DNA from: an uncultured delta proteobacterium
GTDB taxonomy: Bacteria > Desulfobacterota > Binatia > Binatales > Binataceae
NCBI GenBank assembly: GCA_963724765.1
Contig: CAVRVY010000001.1
Span: 192,001-256,000, forward strand
DNA: 64,000 bases
Reading direction: 5' to 3'
The notes under the pieces: model-generated
What the model saw: the letters and a program-made list of their open reading frames with translations, nothing else
Databases searched by the model: none
What the model was told of the DNA's origin: nothing
Shown: positions 31,964 through 41,583 of the stretch, in pieces
Numbering within the stretch: the stretch's first letter is position 1
How the letters are laid out: the number at the start of each line of letters is the position of its first letter
Program-made: the position numbers and the translations under genes

Positions 31964-33187
31964 TCACAAGGCGTCTTCTAACAGGGAAATCACTTGGTCT
32001 TCGGTAGCGGGCTGGCCCGTTATGAGGCAGGCTCCTCGCTGCGCAAAGTGACTTGCCACGAGCCTTAGCTGCTCGCGGCTGATGTCGACCTCGCGAAACC
32101 TGGTTGGCAAGCCCAGTTTTGCGAGCAGCGTTTGTAGTTTGTCTGTGAGGCTGTTCGATGCAGTTTGGTCCGGCGCGTCTCGCGGAACTATCCCAAGGGA
32201 GCGGGCTACCTCCGCCTGACGAGCCAGCACTTCGGGCTCTCGCGCTGCCGTCCAGCGCATACTGGCCGGTAACGTCACGCAAGCGGTGAGTCCGTAGGGT
32301 AGGCGGCACAGCGCTGCGAGTTCATACGCCAATGCATGGCTGGGAAGGGCCGGAGTTGCGGGCCTTAGAGGTTGTGTATGAATCGGCGAGTGGTCGGCGA
32401 GCCAGGCCGCTATTTGGCAGCGCAGGCGGGTTTCCAAATTGTCAGGCGCCTGCAGAGTGCGGGGCAGATTGGTAAACAACACCCGCAGCGCGGAAAGTTT
32501 CATTGCATCCCCCACCAGATGCGGCGGGAAGCCGCAAAGGACCTCCAGCGTATGATCGATTGCCATGATTCCTGAACTCAACCACAGCGCCATGGGTGTG
32601 TGGACAGTAGCGGTGGGGTCGTACATGACGACGCGACTGGCCACTGCCGAAGCTGTGTATGAGCGCTTGACGCCCACTTCAAAGTCGGTGGCGCTGAAGC
32701 TGCGAGTATACTCTGAACCTGAAAGAGTAGTGGGAATGCTTATTTGCGGAATGAGCGTCACTGCCAACGGCTCGCGGCGTTCCATGAACGATCCAAGTAG
32801 CCGCGAACTATTAAGATTAGCGGCCAGGCAGGTGCGGACGGCTTTTCCAGCGTCGATTACGCTGCCCCCGCCCATCGCAATAACTAGGTCGGCATTGCAG
32901 CGGCGTGCGGCGACAACAGCGTCAATTACAATTTCAAGTGGAACATGCTCGAAAGCGGCCGTGAAGCTCGCCGCGAGCCGCTTTCCAAGAATCGCCGATG
33001 CTCGCTGAAACGGTGACTGGCCTTTCAGGGAGCGTGGCGCGAGTAACAAAACCCGCTGGCCGTCAAGGCGTTCGACTTCCGATTCGAGATGCTCGTCTAC
33101 CGTCCTCGCACCATATAGTATTCGTTCGACAGTAGGCACGAACTGAATCATGCCTGTGAGCTGATCGTGCGAGTCTATATTCATCAC
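31964..33187 (-). CDS. Iron-containing alcohol dehydrogenase / maleylacetate reductase-like protein
   Basis: GGGSVIDAGK, IPTTLSGSE, AIDHTLE, SHALAY. Confidence 0.85.
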   Translation of the reverse strand: MMNIDSHDQLTGMIQFVPTVERILYGARTVDEHLESEVERLDGQRVLLLAPRSLKGQSPFQRASAILGKRLAASFTAAFEHVPLEIVIDAVVAARRCNADLVIAMGGGSVIDAGKAVRTCLAANLNSSRLLGSFMERREPLAVTLIPQISIPTTLSGSEYTRSFSATDFEVGVKRSYTASAVASRVVMYDPTATVHTPMALWLSSGIMAIDHTLEVLCGFPPHLVGDAMKLSALRVLFTNLPRTLQAPDNLETRLRCQIAAWLADHSPIHTQPLRPATPALPSHALAYELAALCRLPYGLTACVTLPASMRWTAAREPEVLARQAEVARSLGIVPRDAPDQTASNSLTDKLQTLLAKLGLPTRFREVDISREQLRLVASHFAQRGACLITGQPATEDQVISLLEDAL

Positions 33188-33588
33188 TGAGACTGGACAG
33201 GCTGCCGGCTATCGCCCGGGCGATTACCAGAATCCGAAATGGCCGAAGGGCGATAGAACAGGCAACCAGAGAGACCTGGCCAGACTTGACTACGCACGAA
33301 AACTAGACACCCACGTAAAGTTTCAGGGACTCCCGCGCTTGATATCTGCTGCGTGGTCGCGTTACCCGAGAGTCTGATGAACGACTATGAGAAATGAGCG
33401 CTGGACGGCGAGACGCCGTCCAGCGCTGCATCCCCGACCGCTGCCTCCCCCGCGCACCTAGCGGTATCTCCGAACTACTCACTGCCGTTGTCGAGCCGAA
33501 CATTCCGCGCACAGACATGCGTGTCAGGTTGAGTTGTCCAGGCTTTGATGGTTTCGGCGGTTTCCGCAACATGGACATTTCGCCTAGA

Positions 33589-33786
33589 TTAGATTCGCTT
33601 CGCCGGACCTACCGGTAAACAGACTCCCCTTCTCCTGCCCTCTGCGTTCCAGCCTAGGGACCCCTCATTGGTCCGTTCCAGCAGAGCGCGTGCTTCGACT
33701 TCGCTGCGTCGATGATCCCGGCGAAGATGCTCGATAACCCCATATTCAGCTCTTACCCAGCAGAGCGGACATTGTCTCGTTTCCAT
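33589..33786 (-). CDS. Small C2H2-like zinc-finger protein
   Basis: RBS GAGGAGG, ATG at 33786; METRQCPLC-x10-HLRRDH. Confidence 0.65.
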   Translation of the reverse strand: METRQCPLCWVRAEYGVIEHLRRDHRRSEVEARALLERTNEGSLGWNAEGRRRGVCLPVGPAKRI

Positions 33787-34192
33787 GTGAGCCCTCCTCG
33801 ACCGAGCCGCCGTGAACGCCATTCGCGCCAATGCTTTCGCTGGAGACTCGCGAGTCTTCTGCGACAATGCGTAAGTCATTCACCGGAGCAGGCTTCTCCG
33901 GCGTTCGCAGGCGAGAAGTTGGCACGAACCGTGGGCGATCGTTGCCCTTCACAGTGATGTCGCGGAGCTCAAGACGCCTCATCGGCGCAGTGATAAGGCC
34001 GACTTTCACGGGCGGATCAGTGCGATGTCGGCCAGGCGAAAAAGATTCAAACCTGACCTCTACAAGCGGCAGGCCGTACGTAGTTTCGATCTTTTCCACC
34101 GTTCCCGGCCACCAACGGCCCTTACCAAACCAGACAATCCACACCCAAACGGGTGCTGCAAGTTTCAGCTCCTTAACATCGGATGGTTTCAT
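33746..34192 (-). CDS. Hypothetical protein with PWWP/Tudor-like N-terminal barrel
   Basis: PVWVWIVWFGKGRWWPGTVEKI...VEVRFES; conserved in the paralog at 50172-50573. Confidence 0.7.
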   Translation of the reverse strand: MKPSDVKELKLAAPVWVWIVWFGKGRWWPGTVEKIETTYGLPLVEVRFESFSPGRHRTDPPVKVGLITAPMRRLELRDITVKGNDRPRFVPTSRLRTPEKPAPVNDLRIVAEDSRVSSESIGANGVHGGSVEEGSHGNETMSALLGKS

Positions 34193-34246
34193 CGACTCTC
34201 CGGAACCCGGATACCAGTGGGCACGTTGACTAACGCGACCTTCTGT

Positions 34247-36016
34247 TCAGAGCTCGAGTGCGGCGGCAAGTGTCTCACGCTGGACTTCAAGTTCCCGAGG
34301 CAGATCGGCATTGATCCGATCGAAGAATTCTTCCTGTAAACGAAGCTCAGCGACCCACTCTTCAGGTTTTACCGCGAGCGCTCCGTCCAGCCGCGCCGCG
34401 GTAATATCCAACCCTGCAAGATCCAAGTCCAGCTTGTGAGGAATGAGACCAACAGCGGTTTGCGCGGCGCCGACACGGCCATGCACACGGTCGGCAATCC
34501 ACTTCAAAACCCTCATGTTCTCGCCGTAACCCGGCCAGAGAAATGAATTGTCTCGATCCTTTCGGAACCAGTTGACCATGAAGATCTTGGGTGGATGGGC
34601 AAGCTTGCTGTGCATCCCGAACCAGTGACTGATGTAATCGGCGACGTTGTAGCCACAGAAGGGAAGCATCGCCATCGGATCGCGGCGCACAACGCCGACC
34701 TTACCGCTCGCTGCTGCGGTAGTCTCCGAGCCCATCGTCGCGCCTAGGTATACGCCGTGGGCCCAATCAAATGACTCAAGCACCAGGGGAATCGTAGTGG
34801 CCCGACGGCCGCCGAAAATGATCGCCGAAATAGGCACTCCTTCAGGCGAGTCTGCATACGGCGTGTATGCGGGATTGTTCGTCATGGGGCAGGTGAAACG
34901 GCTGTTGGGGTGGGCAGCGGGGCGGCCCGACTCCCCTGTCCAAGGGTTTCCTCGCCAGTCAACGATACCCGAGGGAGGTTCGGTTTCGATGCCTTCCCAC
35001 CACACGTCATTGTCTGGAGTTAGCGCGACGTTGGTGAATATCGTGTCGCTCCGGATCATTTCCGTCGCGTTGAGATTAGAGCGCGCGCTGGTTCCGGGGG
35101 CGACCCCGAAATAACCGGCCTCAGGATTGATAGCCCACAGACGTCCATCTCGACCCACCCGCATCCAGGCGATATCGTCTCCGACGGTAAATATGCGCCA
35201 ACCTTTGAAAGGGGCCGGGGGCGTGAGCATCGCCAGGTTGGTCTTGCCGCACGCACTCGGAAAAGCTGCCGCTATATAGGTGACTTCTCCCTGCGGGCTC
35301 TCGAGCCCCAATATCAGCATGTGCTCGGCAAGCCATCCTTCTTTGCGACCTAGATAGCTGGCAATTCGCAGGCCGAAGCACTTCTTGCTCAACAGGGCGT
35401 TGCCGCCGTAGTTGCTTCCCACCGACCAAACCATGTTGTCCTGCGGAAAGTGACATATCAGCCGTCTGTTTGGATCACAGTCGAGAGTGCAATGCATGCC
35501 CCGCTGAAAATCGTCAGTTGTGCGTAGCAGATCACTCGCTACGCTTCCCATCCGGGTCATGATTCGAAGGCTCAGAACCACATAGAGACTATCGGTCAAC
35601 TGCACTCCGACTTTCGCCAAAGGAGACCCCACCGGTCCGAGCACGTAGGGCACCCCGTACATCGTCCGGCCTTTGTACGCACCTTCAAGCCAACTTTTGA
35701 GCTTTCGCCGGGTCTCGCCCGGATCCATCCAATTGTTTGTCGGCCCAGCTTCATCCCGAGTGGGCGTGCAAACGTAGGTCAGCTCCTCAGTGCGCGAGAC
35801 ATCGCTTGGATGCGAGCGATGAAGATAACAACCGGGGCGCCTGCGTTGGTCGAGTGGCATCAGCACGCCAGTAGCGACCGCCTGCGCCGTCAGACGACGT
35901 TTCTCTTCTTCGGAACCGTCGCACCAGATCATGTTTTTGGCCTGGGTCAACGACGCCATCTCATTCACCCAAGCGTCCAGAGGCGTAAGGCCGTTCCGAT
36001 CCTTTCGCCTCTTCAT
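34247..36016 (-). CDS. pckG: Phosphoenolpyruvate carboxykinase (GTP)
   Basis: NYGGNALLSKKC, WLAEHM, FPSACGKTNLAM, VGDDIAW, INPEAGYFGVAPG. Confidence 0.95.
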   Translation of the reverse strand: MKRRKDRNGLTPLDAWVNEMASLTQAKNMIWCDGSEEEKRRLTAQAVATGVLMPLDQRRRPGCYLHRSHPSDVSRTEELTYVCTPTRDEAGPTNNWMDPGETRRKLKSWLEGAYKGRTMYGVPYVLGPVGSPLAKVGVQLTDSLYVVLSLRIMTRMGSVASDLLRTTDDFQRGMHCTLDCDPNRRLICHFPQDNMVWSVGSNYGGNALLSKKCFGLRIASYLGRKEGWLAEHMLILGLESPQGEVTYIAAAFPSACGKTNLAMLTPPAPFKGWRIFTVGDDIAWMRVGRDGRLWAINPEAGYFGVAPGTSARSNLNATEMIRSDTIFTNVALTPDNDVWWEGIETEPPSGIVDWRGNPWTGESGRPAAHPNSRFTCPMTNNPAYTPYADSPEGVPISAIIFGGRRATTIPLVLESFDWAHGVYLGATMGSETTAAASGKVGVVRRDPMAMLPFCGYNVADYISHWFGMHSKLAHPPKIFMVNWFRKDRDNSFLWPGYGENMRVLKWIADRVHGRVGAAQTAVGLIPHKLDLDLAGLDITAARLDGALAVKPEEWVAELRLQEEFFDRINADLPRELEVQRETLAAALEL

Positions 36017-36765
36017 GATGCGATCGACCTCTTTTGGAAAGCGGGAAACAGGTTTCTCTCAACTCCGCACAGAACTTCGAAGATCGCTGTGGCATCCGGC
36101 GCTTCGAGCAATGCCTGCGTCGCTTCGGCTCGCGCGAACATCTGCGACAGCTTCGCCAGCCACGGCAAATGCAGCTCGTGGAACTTCAGGCCGAGGACGA
36201 AAAAGAGATGCGTAGCCTTGCCGTCTAATGCGTCGAAGTCGACTCCATGCGCGGACCTTCCCAACACCATGAACGGTCTCACGACGTGCTCCGGATGGCG
36301 GTACATCGTATGCAGGAACGCAACGCCATTACCGACCGCGCTCGGCATGATGTTCTCGCGTTCGATAAGGGCGTGGACGAACCAGGTCTCGTCATCAACC
36401 AAGCCAAGACGACTGGCCAACGCAGCGAGCTCTTCAACCACGCCAAGCTTGGTGGTCGCGACGAGTTCGGGGACGATGTGGCTCGGCTGAAAGCACCTCT
36501 CGAGCGCAAGCATCCGTTGCGGCGCAGACGGTGCGCCTCGCACTTCAAAACGGCGCGGGGCGACGCCAAGCATCTGGTCGTCGAGCCAGGTATCAATCAT
36601 CGCCTTGCGAAAGCGCCATTGATTGCCGATTTTGACGCCTGGGACATCTCCTTCCGACACGAGCTTGAGAAGTGTGCGCTCATTGACGCTCAAGTATGCG
36701 GCCAGTTCCTTAAGAGTCAGGAGCCTATCGTCAGAAGGTCTAACTGTTTTCAAGAAGTTTGACAT
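36013..36765 (-). CDS. Excisionase-like HTH fused to PTS EIIA (Ntr/fructose-type) domain
   Basis: LLTLKELAAYL...PGVKIGNQWRF; ERE...VGNGVAFLH...GVDFDALDG; ATGA overlap with pckG. Confidence 0.88.
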   Translation of the reverse strand: MSNFLKTVRPSDDRLLTLKELAAYLSVNERTLLKLVSEGDVPGVKIGNQWRFRKAMIDTWLDDQMLGVAPRRFEVRGAPSAPQRMLALERCFQPSHIVPELVATTKLGVVEELAALASRLGLVDDETWFVHALIERENIMPSAVGNGVAFLHTMYRHPEHVVRPFMVLGRSAHGVDFDALDGKATHLFFVLGLKFHELHLPWLAKLSQMFARAEATQALLEAPDATAIFEVLCGVERNLFPAFQKRSIAS

Positions 36766-36774
36766 CGGTTAGAA

Positions 36775-36837
36775 TTTACGCCATTTTACCCAATAGTTCA
36801 ATATTGGCGGAGAATTACATTGTTTTACGAGCTTTAC
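36775..36837. promoter_or_regulatory. Phased TTTAC direct repeats upstream of HTH-EIIA gene
   Basis: TTTAC at 36775, 36785, 36824, 36833 and TTAC at 36815, in an AT-rich patch. Confidence 0.5.
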
Positions 36838-37197
36838 GTCAAAAGCAAGCGCCCGCGCCGCGCTCACAAGAGCTGCAGAGTCGCGTTCACGCCTGTGGAA
36901 AAGCGACACCTGTCCGGCGAGATATTCCGCGGAACGAAACTCGACTGGTTGGACTTTTCTGGAGCCTACCTCCAAGGGGCGCGGTTCGAGAGCGCTTCAC
37001 TGTGCGGCTGTGACTTCTCCGGGGCGGACTTGAGGGGAACTGTGTTCTGGGACTGCGATCTTCGGTGGGCTCGTTTTAACCGCTCGGTTTTTGGAGATAA
37101 CTCCTTTAAGCACAGCTGGTTGACCGGGGCGGAGGGCATTACTCGTTCTCTATTTGAATATATCCGCGCACGTGGAGGGCATTTCGCTTACTGCTAG
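36820..37197 (+). CDS. Pentapeptide repeat protein (start uncertain)
   Basis: LDFSG AYLQG ARFES ASLCG CDFSG ADLRG repeats. Confidence 0.75.
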   Translation: MFYELYVKSKRPRRAHKSCRVAFTPVEKRHLSGEIFRGTKLDWLDFSGAYLQGARFESASLCGCDFSGADLRGTVFWDCDLRWARFNRSVFGDNSFKHSWLTGAEGITRSLFEYIRARGGHFAYC

Positions 37198-37216
37198 CGA
37201 AACTGACGGTGCCGCA

Positions 37217-37702
37217 ATGAGTTGGGAAGGACCTCATAAGATTAGTGACTATCTTGGCAACGTAGCGCGCAGCCCGGGGAAGCGTCCGCCTGAAAGGCCA
37301 GGCGTTTATATAGTGTCCGAAAATCCATGGCGCGACGTGCCCACGCGTGACGATAACATCTTGTACGTTGGACAGGCCGCATACCTCCGATACCACGTGG
37401 GACGACTAATCTCCGATCTGCTCGGGTTCACGGGTGACAATCCGTCGCCGGAGGAAGCCTACCAACACAAGGGTGGTCACTCGCTGTGGTCACATTACTG
37501 CCTGCCACGCAAAATCGAGCCCAGCCGGCTATACCTTGGGTGGTGCTCGGCATGTATTTGTGTGGCCTGTGCAGAAACCAAGCTGCTCGAAATGATGATT
37601 ACTGGCCCCCACCGAGTTCGGATCTGTGCTGCGCACCGGCCGGCTTTGGACCTCAGCCAAAACTGCCGAGTGTCCTCCGCAGAAATTGTCGGCGTGACTT
37701 GA
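37217..37702 (+). CDS. GIY-YIG-like protein with Cys-rich C-terminus
   Basis: PERPGVYIV...ILYVGQA; WCSACICVACAE. Confidence 0.55.
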   Translation: MSWEGPHKISDYLGNVARSPGKRPPERPGVYIVSENPWRDVPTRDDNILYVGQAAYLRYHVGRLISDLLGFTGDNPSPEEAYQHKGGHSLWSHYCLPRKIEPSRLYLGWCSACICVACAETKLLEMMITGPHRVRICAAHRPALDLSQNCRVSSAEIVGVT

Positions 37703-37760
37703 AACGCGTTAAATTGCGACCAATTTGAAGGAGGAGACCGAAATCAAGGACCATTGGTCC

Positions 37761-38841
37761 ATGATGGACTCCTGCCTGCTTTGGCTGAACCTGTTTGCCG
37801 ATTTGCTCCGCTTTTTGGTTCTTAGTTTACGATCCAAAAGGTCGCTCGCGGCCGAGAATCTCTTCCTGCGCGAACAGCTCGCGTTTCTACCAGGATCGCA
37901 GAATCAACCCCCGACGGACCTCCCATCCAACCCGCTTGACCCTCCTGTGGCTCAGCCGCCGGTTCAATTGGCGAAGCGCGTTGACCGTCGTGACGCCCAA
38001 AACCTTCATCGGTTGGTAGCGCAAGGGCTTCCAGCTTTTCTGGCGTCGGAAATGCCAATCTGGCCGGCCGCGGATTCCGCCGGAGCTCCAACGTCTGATC
38101 TGCAAGATGGCTCGCGAGAACCCCTCGTGGGGCGGGGAGCGAATTGCAAACGAGTTGTTGCTGAAACTGGGCCTCCGCGTGTCGCCGCGCACGATCCGTA
38201 AATATCTGCCAGAGTTGCCGGCCGCACCAGCCGGCAACCCTCGCCGCGCTCAGCGTTGGTCAACCTTTCTCAAGAATCACGCCGACGCCATCATCGCCTG
38301 TGACTTCTGCGTCGTAGCGAGCGCCACTTTTCGGATTCTTTACGTGCTCGTGGTCATGGAACATGCTTCACGCCGAATTATTCACGTCAACGTGACTGCC
38401 CATCCGACCGCAGCCTGGACCCTCCAACACCTGCGTGAAGCCATCCCCTCAGACCACATGTACCGTTTTATCCTTTATGACCGCGACGCGATCTTCTCCT
38501 GGGATTCGATGCTTCGGTAGCGGGCATGGGCCTTGAAGTCATCGAAACACCCGCGCGGAGCCCGAAGGCGAATTCGCTCTGCGAAAGGCTAATCGGGACA
38601 CTCCGGCGTGAGTGTCTGGATTGGATTATTCCCTTGACCGAGGAGCATCTTCGAAAAACTCTGCGATCGTGGCTCGCGCATTACAATCGAGGTCGACCAC
38701 ACTCATCCAGTTCCAACGCCAGAGGCACCGTTTCGACCGATCGAGCCGAGTCGTGGCGCACTCCGTACTGAACGGACTTCACCACGAATATAGCCTCCTG
38801 GCCCGCGCGGCATGAGGGTTGTTGAGTTTTTGCGGACGACA
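37761..38841 (+). mobile_element. Degenerate integrase-core IS (frameshifted transposase)
   Basis: SLAAENLFLREQL, ENPSWGGERIANEL, ACDF, SPKANSLCERLIGTLRRECLD, GLHHEY; right end TTTTTGCGGACGACA. Confidence 0.85.
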
Positions 38842-38844
38842 AAT

Positions 38845-38961
38845 ATGTTAGCGCTTGCGATACCCTGCCATCGCGTGATTAAGGCCGACGGCTCGATCTC
38901 CGGCTATCGCTGGGGCGTTGCCCTTAAGCGCCGATTTCTCCAGATGGAGACTCCGGGATGA
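38845..38961 (+). pseudogene. Ada/MGMT methyltransferase C-terminal remnant
   Basis: LAIPCHRVIKADGSISGYRWG active-site motif; 5' part replaced by the IS. Confidence 0.8.
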
Positions 38962-39360
38962 GCACCATGGCTCCCAGCAATCTGGTGATGGCGGTCGATT
39001 GGCCCGCGGTGGGTCGCCAATCTCGATGCTCAGGGCTGGGTTGTAGTGTCCGGTCTACTAACAGACTCGGAATGCGACAGTATTGCCAATCTCTATACAT
39101 GTGGCGAAGGGTTCCGCAGTCATGTCGTGATGGCACGGCATGGCTTCGGACAGGGAGAATATCGTTATTTCGCCTATCCCCTTCCACGCTTGGTTCAAGG
39201 GTTGCGGACTGCCCTTTATCCGCACCTCGCTTCTGTGGCGAACCGCTGGTACGAGCGCATGGCCCTGGAGATACGCTTTCCTGCCACGCATGCCGCTTTC
39301 CTCGATCGCTCTCTTCGCCGATTCAAGGGAAGCTCGGCGAGCCGGCATGCGCGCCTGTAA
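38958..39360 (+). pseudogene. 2OG-Fe(II) oxygenase (DUF2086-like), frameshifted and truncated
   Basis: VDWPAV / LDAQG...FRSHVVMARHGFGQGEYRYFAYPLP...FPATHAAFLDR. Confidence 0.75.
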
Positions 39361-39471
39361 ACTCTGCCGGCCATCATGAAAAAGTTAGATGGGAATCCCG
39401 CTCAGCGATTTCACATCAGGGGGCAGCGTGGGGTTCTAGTAACAAAGAACACCACGTTGGAGGTATTTACG

Positions 39472-39939
39472 ATGAGCTTCAGAATTACCGGTCTGCCAGT
39501 CGAACAATTCGCGCCGCTGTTTGATCTCTCGGATGAAGAGCTCGAGAAGCGGCACATAGTCCGAAACATCGCTGACGAACAGATGATAGTTCCCTGTCGC
39601 GTCAATCTCACGGACTCGAAACCCGGCGACGAGTTGTTGCTTCTCAACTACGAACATCATTTCGCCGATTCGCCCTACCGCATGCGCTTTGCCATCTTCG
39701 TTCGAAGGGGTGAGGAGACGTACGATGAAGTGGACAAGATCCCCGAACAATTGCGTTCACGAATGTTGGCAGTGCGCGCGTTCGATGCCAAGGTTATGCT
39801 GCTCGCCTTTGAACTAGTTGATGGCCGCGAGCTCGAGTCTGCGATTGAGCGAGTCTTCAACAATCAAGCAGCGGCCTATCTGCATGTCCATTATGCTGCG
39901 CCCGGCTGCTACGCGGCCCGCATCGACCGGGTCGCCTAA
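39472..39939 (+). CDS. DUF1203 domain protein
   Basis: MSFRITGL, PCRVNLTD, LLLLNY, YLHVHYAAPGCYAARID. Confidence 0.88.
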   Translation: MSFRITGLPVEQFAPLFDLSDEELEKRHIVRNIADEQMIVPCRVNLTDSKPGDELLLLNYEHHFADSPYRMRFAIFVRRGEETYDEVDKIPEQLRSRMLAVRAFDAKVMLLAFELVDGRELESAIERVFNNQAAAYLHVHYAAPGCYAARIDRVA

Positions 39940-40016
39940 CACAAAATCAACTGGGAGAGCGGAATTACCTACCGGGGCAACCCGAAATCCTACAAGAGGA
40001 GCCCAAAGGAGCCCAA

Positions 40017-40466
40017 ATGAGTAAAGAAATTGACAACAAGGCTATCGTTAGTCGCTGGTTCACCGAATTCTGGGGCAAGAGCTGCGATCTCAGAGTGGTA
40101 GACGAACTCGCAGCGCCCGACATGCTGCTGCAATACTCACTGCACGAGCCGCGTCGTGGCCGTGAGGACGTCAAGGCGTTCATGATCGGATTTCGCGAGG
40201 CGTTTCCGGATCTGAATTTCTGGGGCACGGCCGATCTTATCGCCGAGGGCGACTATGTGGTTGGCCAATGGGAAGGTGGCGGTACACACACCGGTCCGGC
40301 TTTCAGCGACTTTCTCATCGGATCGTTGCCGGCGGCGACTGGACGGAAGATGCATTTCACTGGGACCACCGTACTTCGCGTCAAAGGTGGCAAAATCGCG
40401 GAGGAGATCGGTTTGGACGACGGTGTGACCGCCCTACAACAGCTCGGCCTAATCCGTAAAGTTTGA
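40017..40466 (+). CDS. SnoaL-like ester cyclase
   Basis: AFPDL, LIAEGDYV, GTHTG, GKIAEE, ALQQLG. Confidence 0.88.
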   Translation: MSKEIDNKAIVSRWFTEFWGKSCDLRVVDELAAPDMLLQYSLHEPRRGREDVKAFMIGFREAFPDLNFWGTADLIAEGDYVVGQWEGGGTHTGPAFSDFLIGSLPAATGRKMHFTGTTVLRVKGGKIAEEIGLDDGVTALQQLGLIRKV

Positions 40467-40471
40467 TCGAG

Positions 40472-40507
40472 AAAGGGCCGCTGCCGACTTATAGGTAGCG
40501 GCCTTTT
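40472..40507 (+). terminator. Rho-independent terminator
   Basis: AAAGGGCCGCTGCC-loop-GGTAGCGGCCTTTT immediately after the stop. Confidence 0.65.
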
Positions 40508-40605
40508 CCGTCCGGACCCAATCATTACGCGACACGCGCGCCCCGACGGCCTGACGGGTGCCAGCCATGGCGGTTGCGAGCCCATTCGGCCCTAGAGTCG
40601 CCGGC

Positions 40606-40760
40606 ATGCTCGTGCTCATATCTGCTGTTGTTTCCTTGCTTGTCTTTCGGTTCCCCAGCTGTGCAGATTTAGAGCTTGAGTTCGTCGCCCTCCGCCACCA
40701 GTTAACGGTTCTCCGTCGCCAGCGGCCTGGCCGTCCCCGACTCTCCTTCATCGATCGCTT
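40606..40760 (+). mobile_element. Integrase-core IS transposase N-terminal remnant
   Basis: LELEFVALRHQLTVLRRQRPGRPRLSFIDR. Confidence 0.75.
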
Positions 40761-40772
40761 CTGTGGGTCTGG

Positions 40773-41112
40773 GCTGTCCTACTCAAAATTCGATCGACAG
40801 GCAAATTCCGTCAGCGAGCAGATCCTGATCGATGAAGTTCAACCCAGCGCGCTGAACCCCGAGCGACGATCTTATCCGCGAACGGCCCCTCAGCGAGTCG
40901 GTTTCTCGTTTGGAAAATGAGGGTCCGGCACCTTTTGCGAATAGGGGCGCGCTTTGATCAACGCCGAGCCCCGAGGCCAAAGCGGATCAGGCGGCGAGCC
41001 GTTCGTAGCAATGGTGCAGACCGCCGACTTGCGGAATCGCGATCACCTTGCCGCGTGTTGGCGCATGGGCGGGGCGAGGACACGGGCAGTCTTTGTCCAG
41101 CGACGGATGGGT
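40773..41112 (-). mobile_element. Integrase-core IS C-terminal and right-end remnant
   Basis: THPSLDKDCP...VIAIPQVGGLHHCYERLAA* (stop 40987-40989); end AATTTTGAGTAGGACAG. Confidence 0.75.
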
Positions 41113-41583
41113 CTACGACACTGACCCCTTAGAAGCTCGGTAAAAGCCAGGACACATCGGCAGCGCGAACCACCCAACGCGGCTCACGATGCCGAGCTCG
41201 CGGTGCATAACCTGATCGACGTGTTTGAAGGGACGGCGGCCGCGGCATTGCGCCAGCCCGGCGTGCGAATGCGCTGAGCCATCGTCATGTTGGCAGCCTG
41301 TCACAATCACCTGAGCGCGCGAACGTCGCGAGCGATCTAAGGACTTTCATCGACGCCAATTGCTCATTCATCTACCAAATCTTCTCTTATACTTGACGTG
41401 ATGGGCAATGTATGCTTTATTGGTCCTATATTAGTCCCGCGGTCGCCGCGCGGCACGAGAACCCGCGCGCTCCTCGTCAATACGGCGGGAGCGCCATTGC
41501 AACCCATGCGCCCGCGCGCTCTCCAAATTGGAGGCATCGCGCCGCCTGGTCTGTGAGGTCGCGGCGCGCGCGGAGGGGAGACG

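Noticed and set aside
33303-33578. 91-aa basic ORF following the zinc-finger gene
   Set aside because: No recognisable motif or clear RBS; may be real but unsupported.
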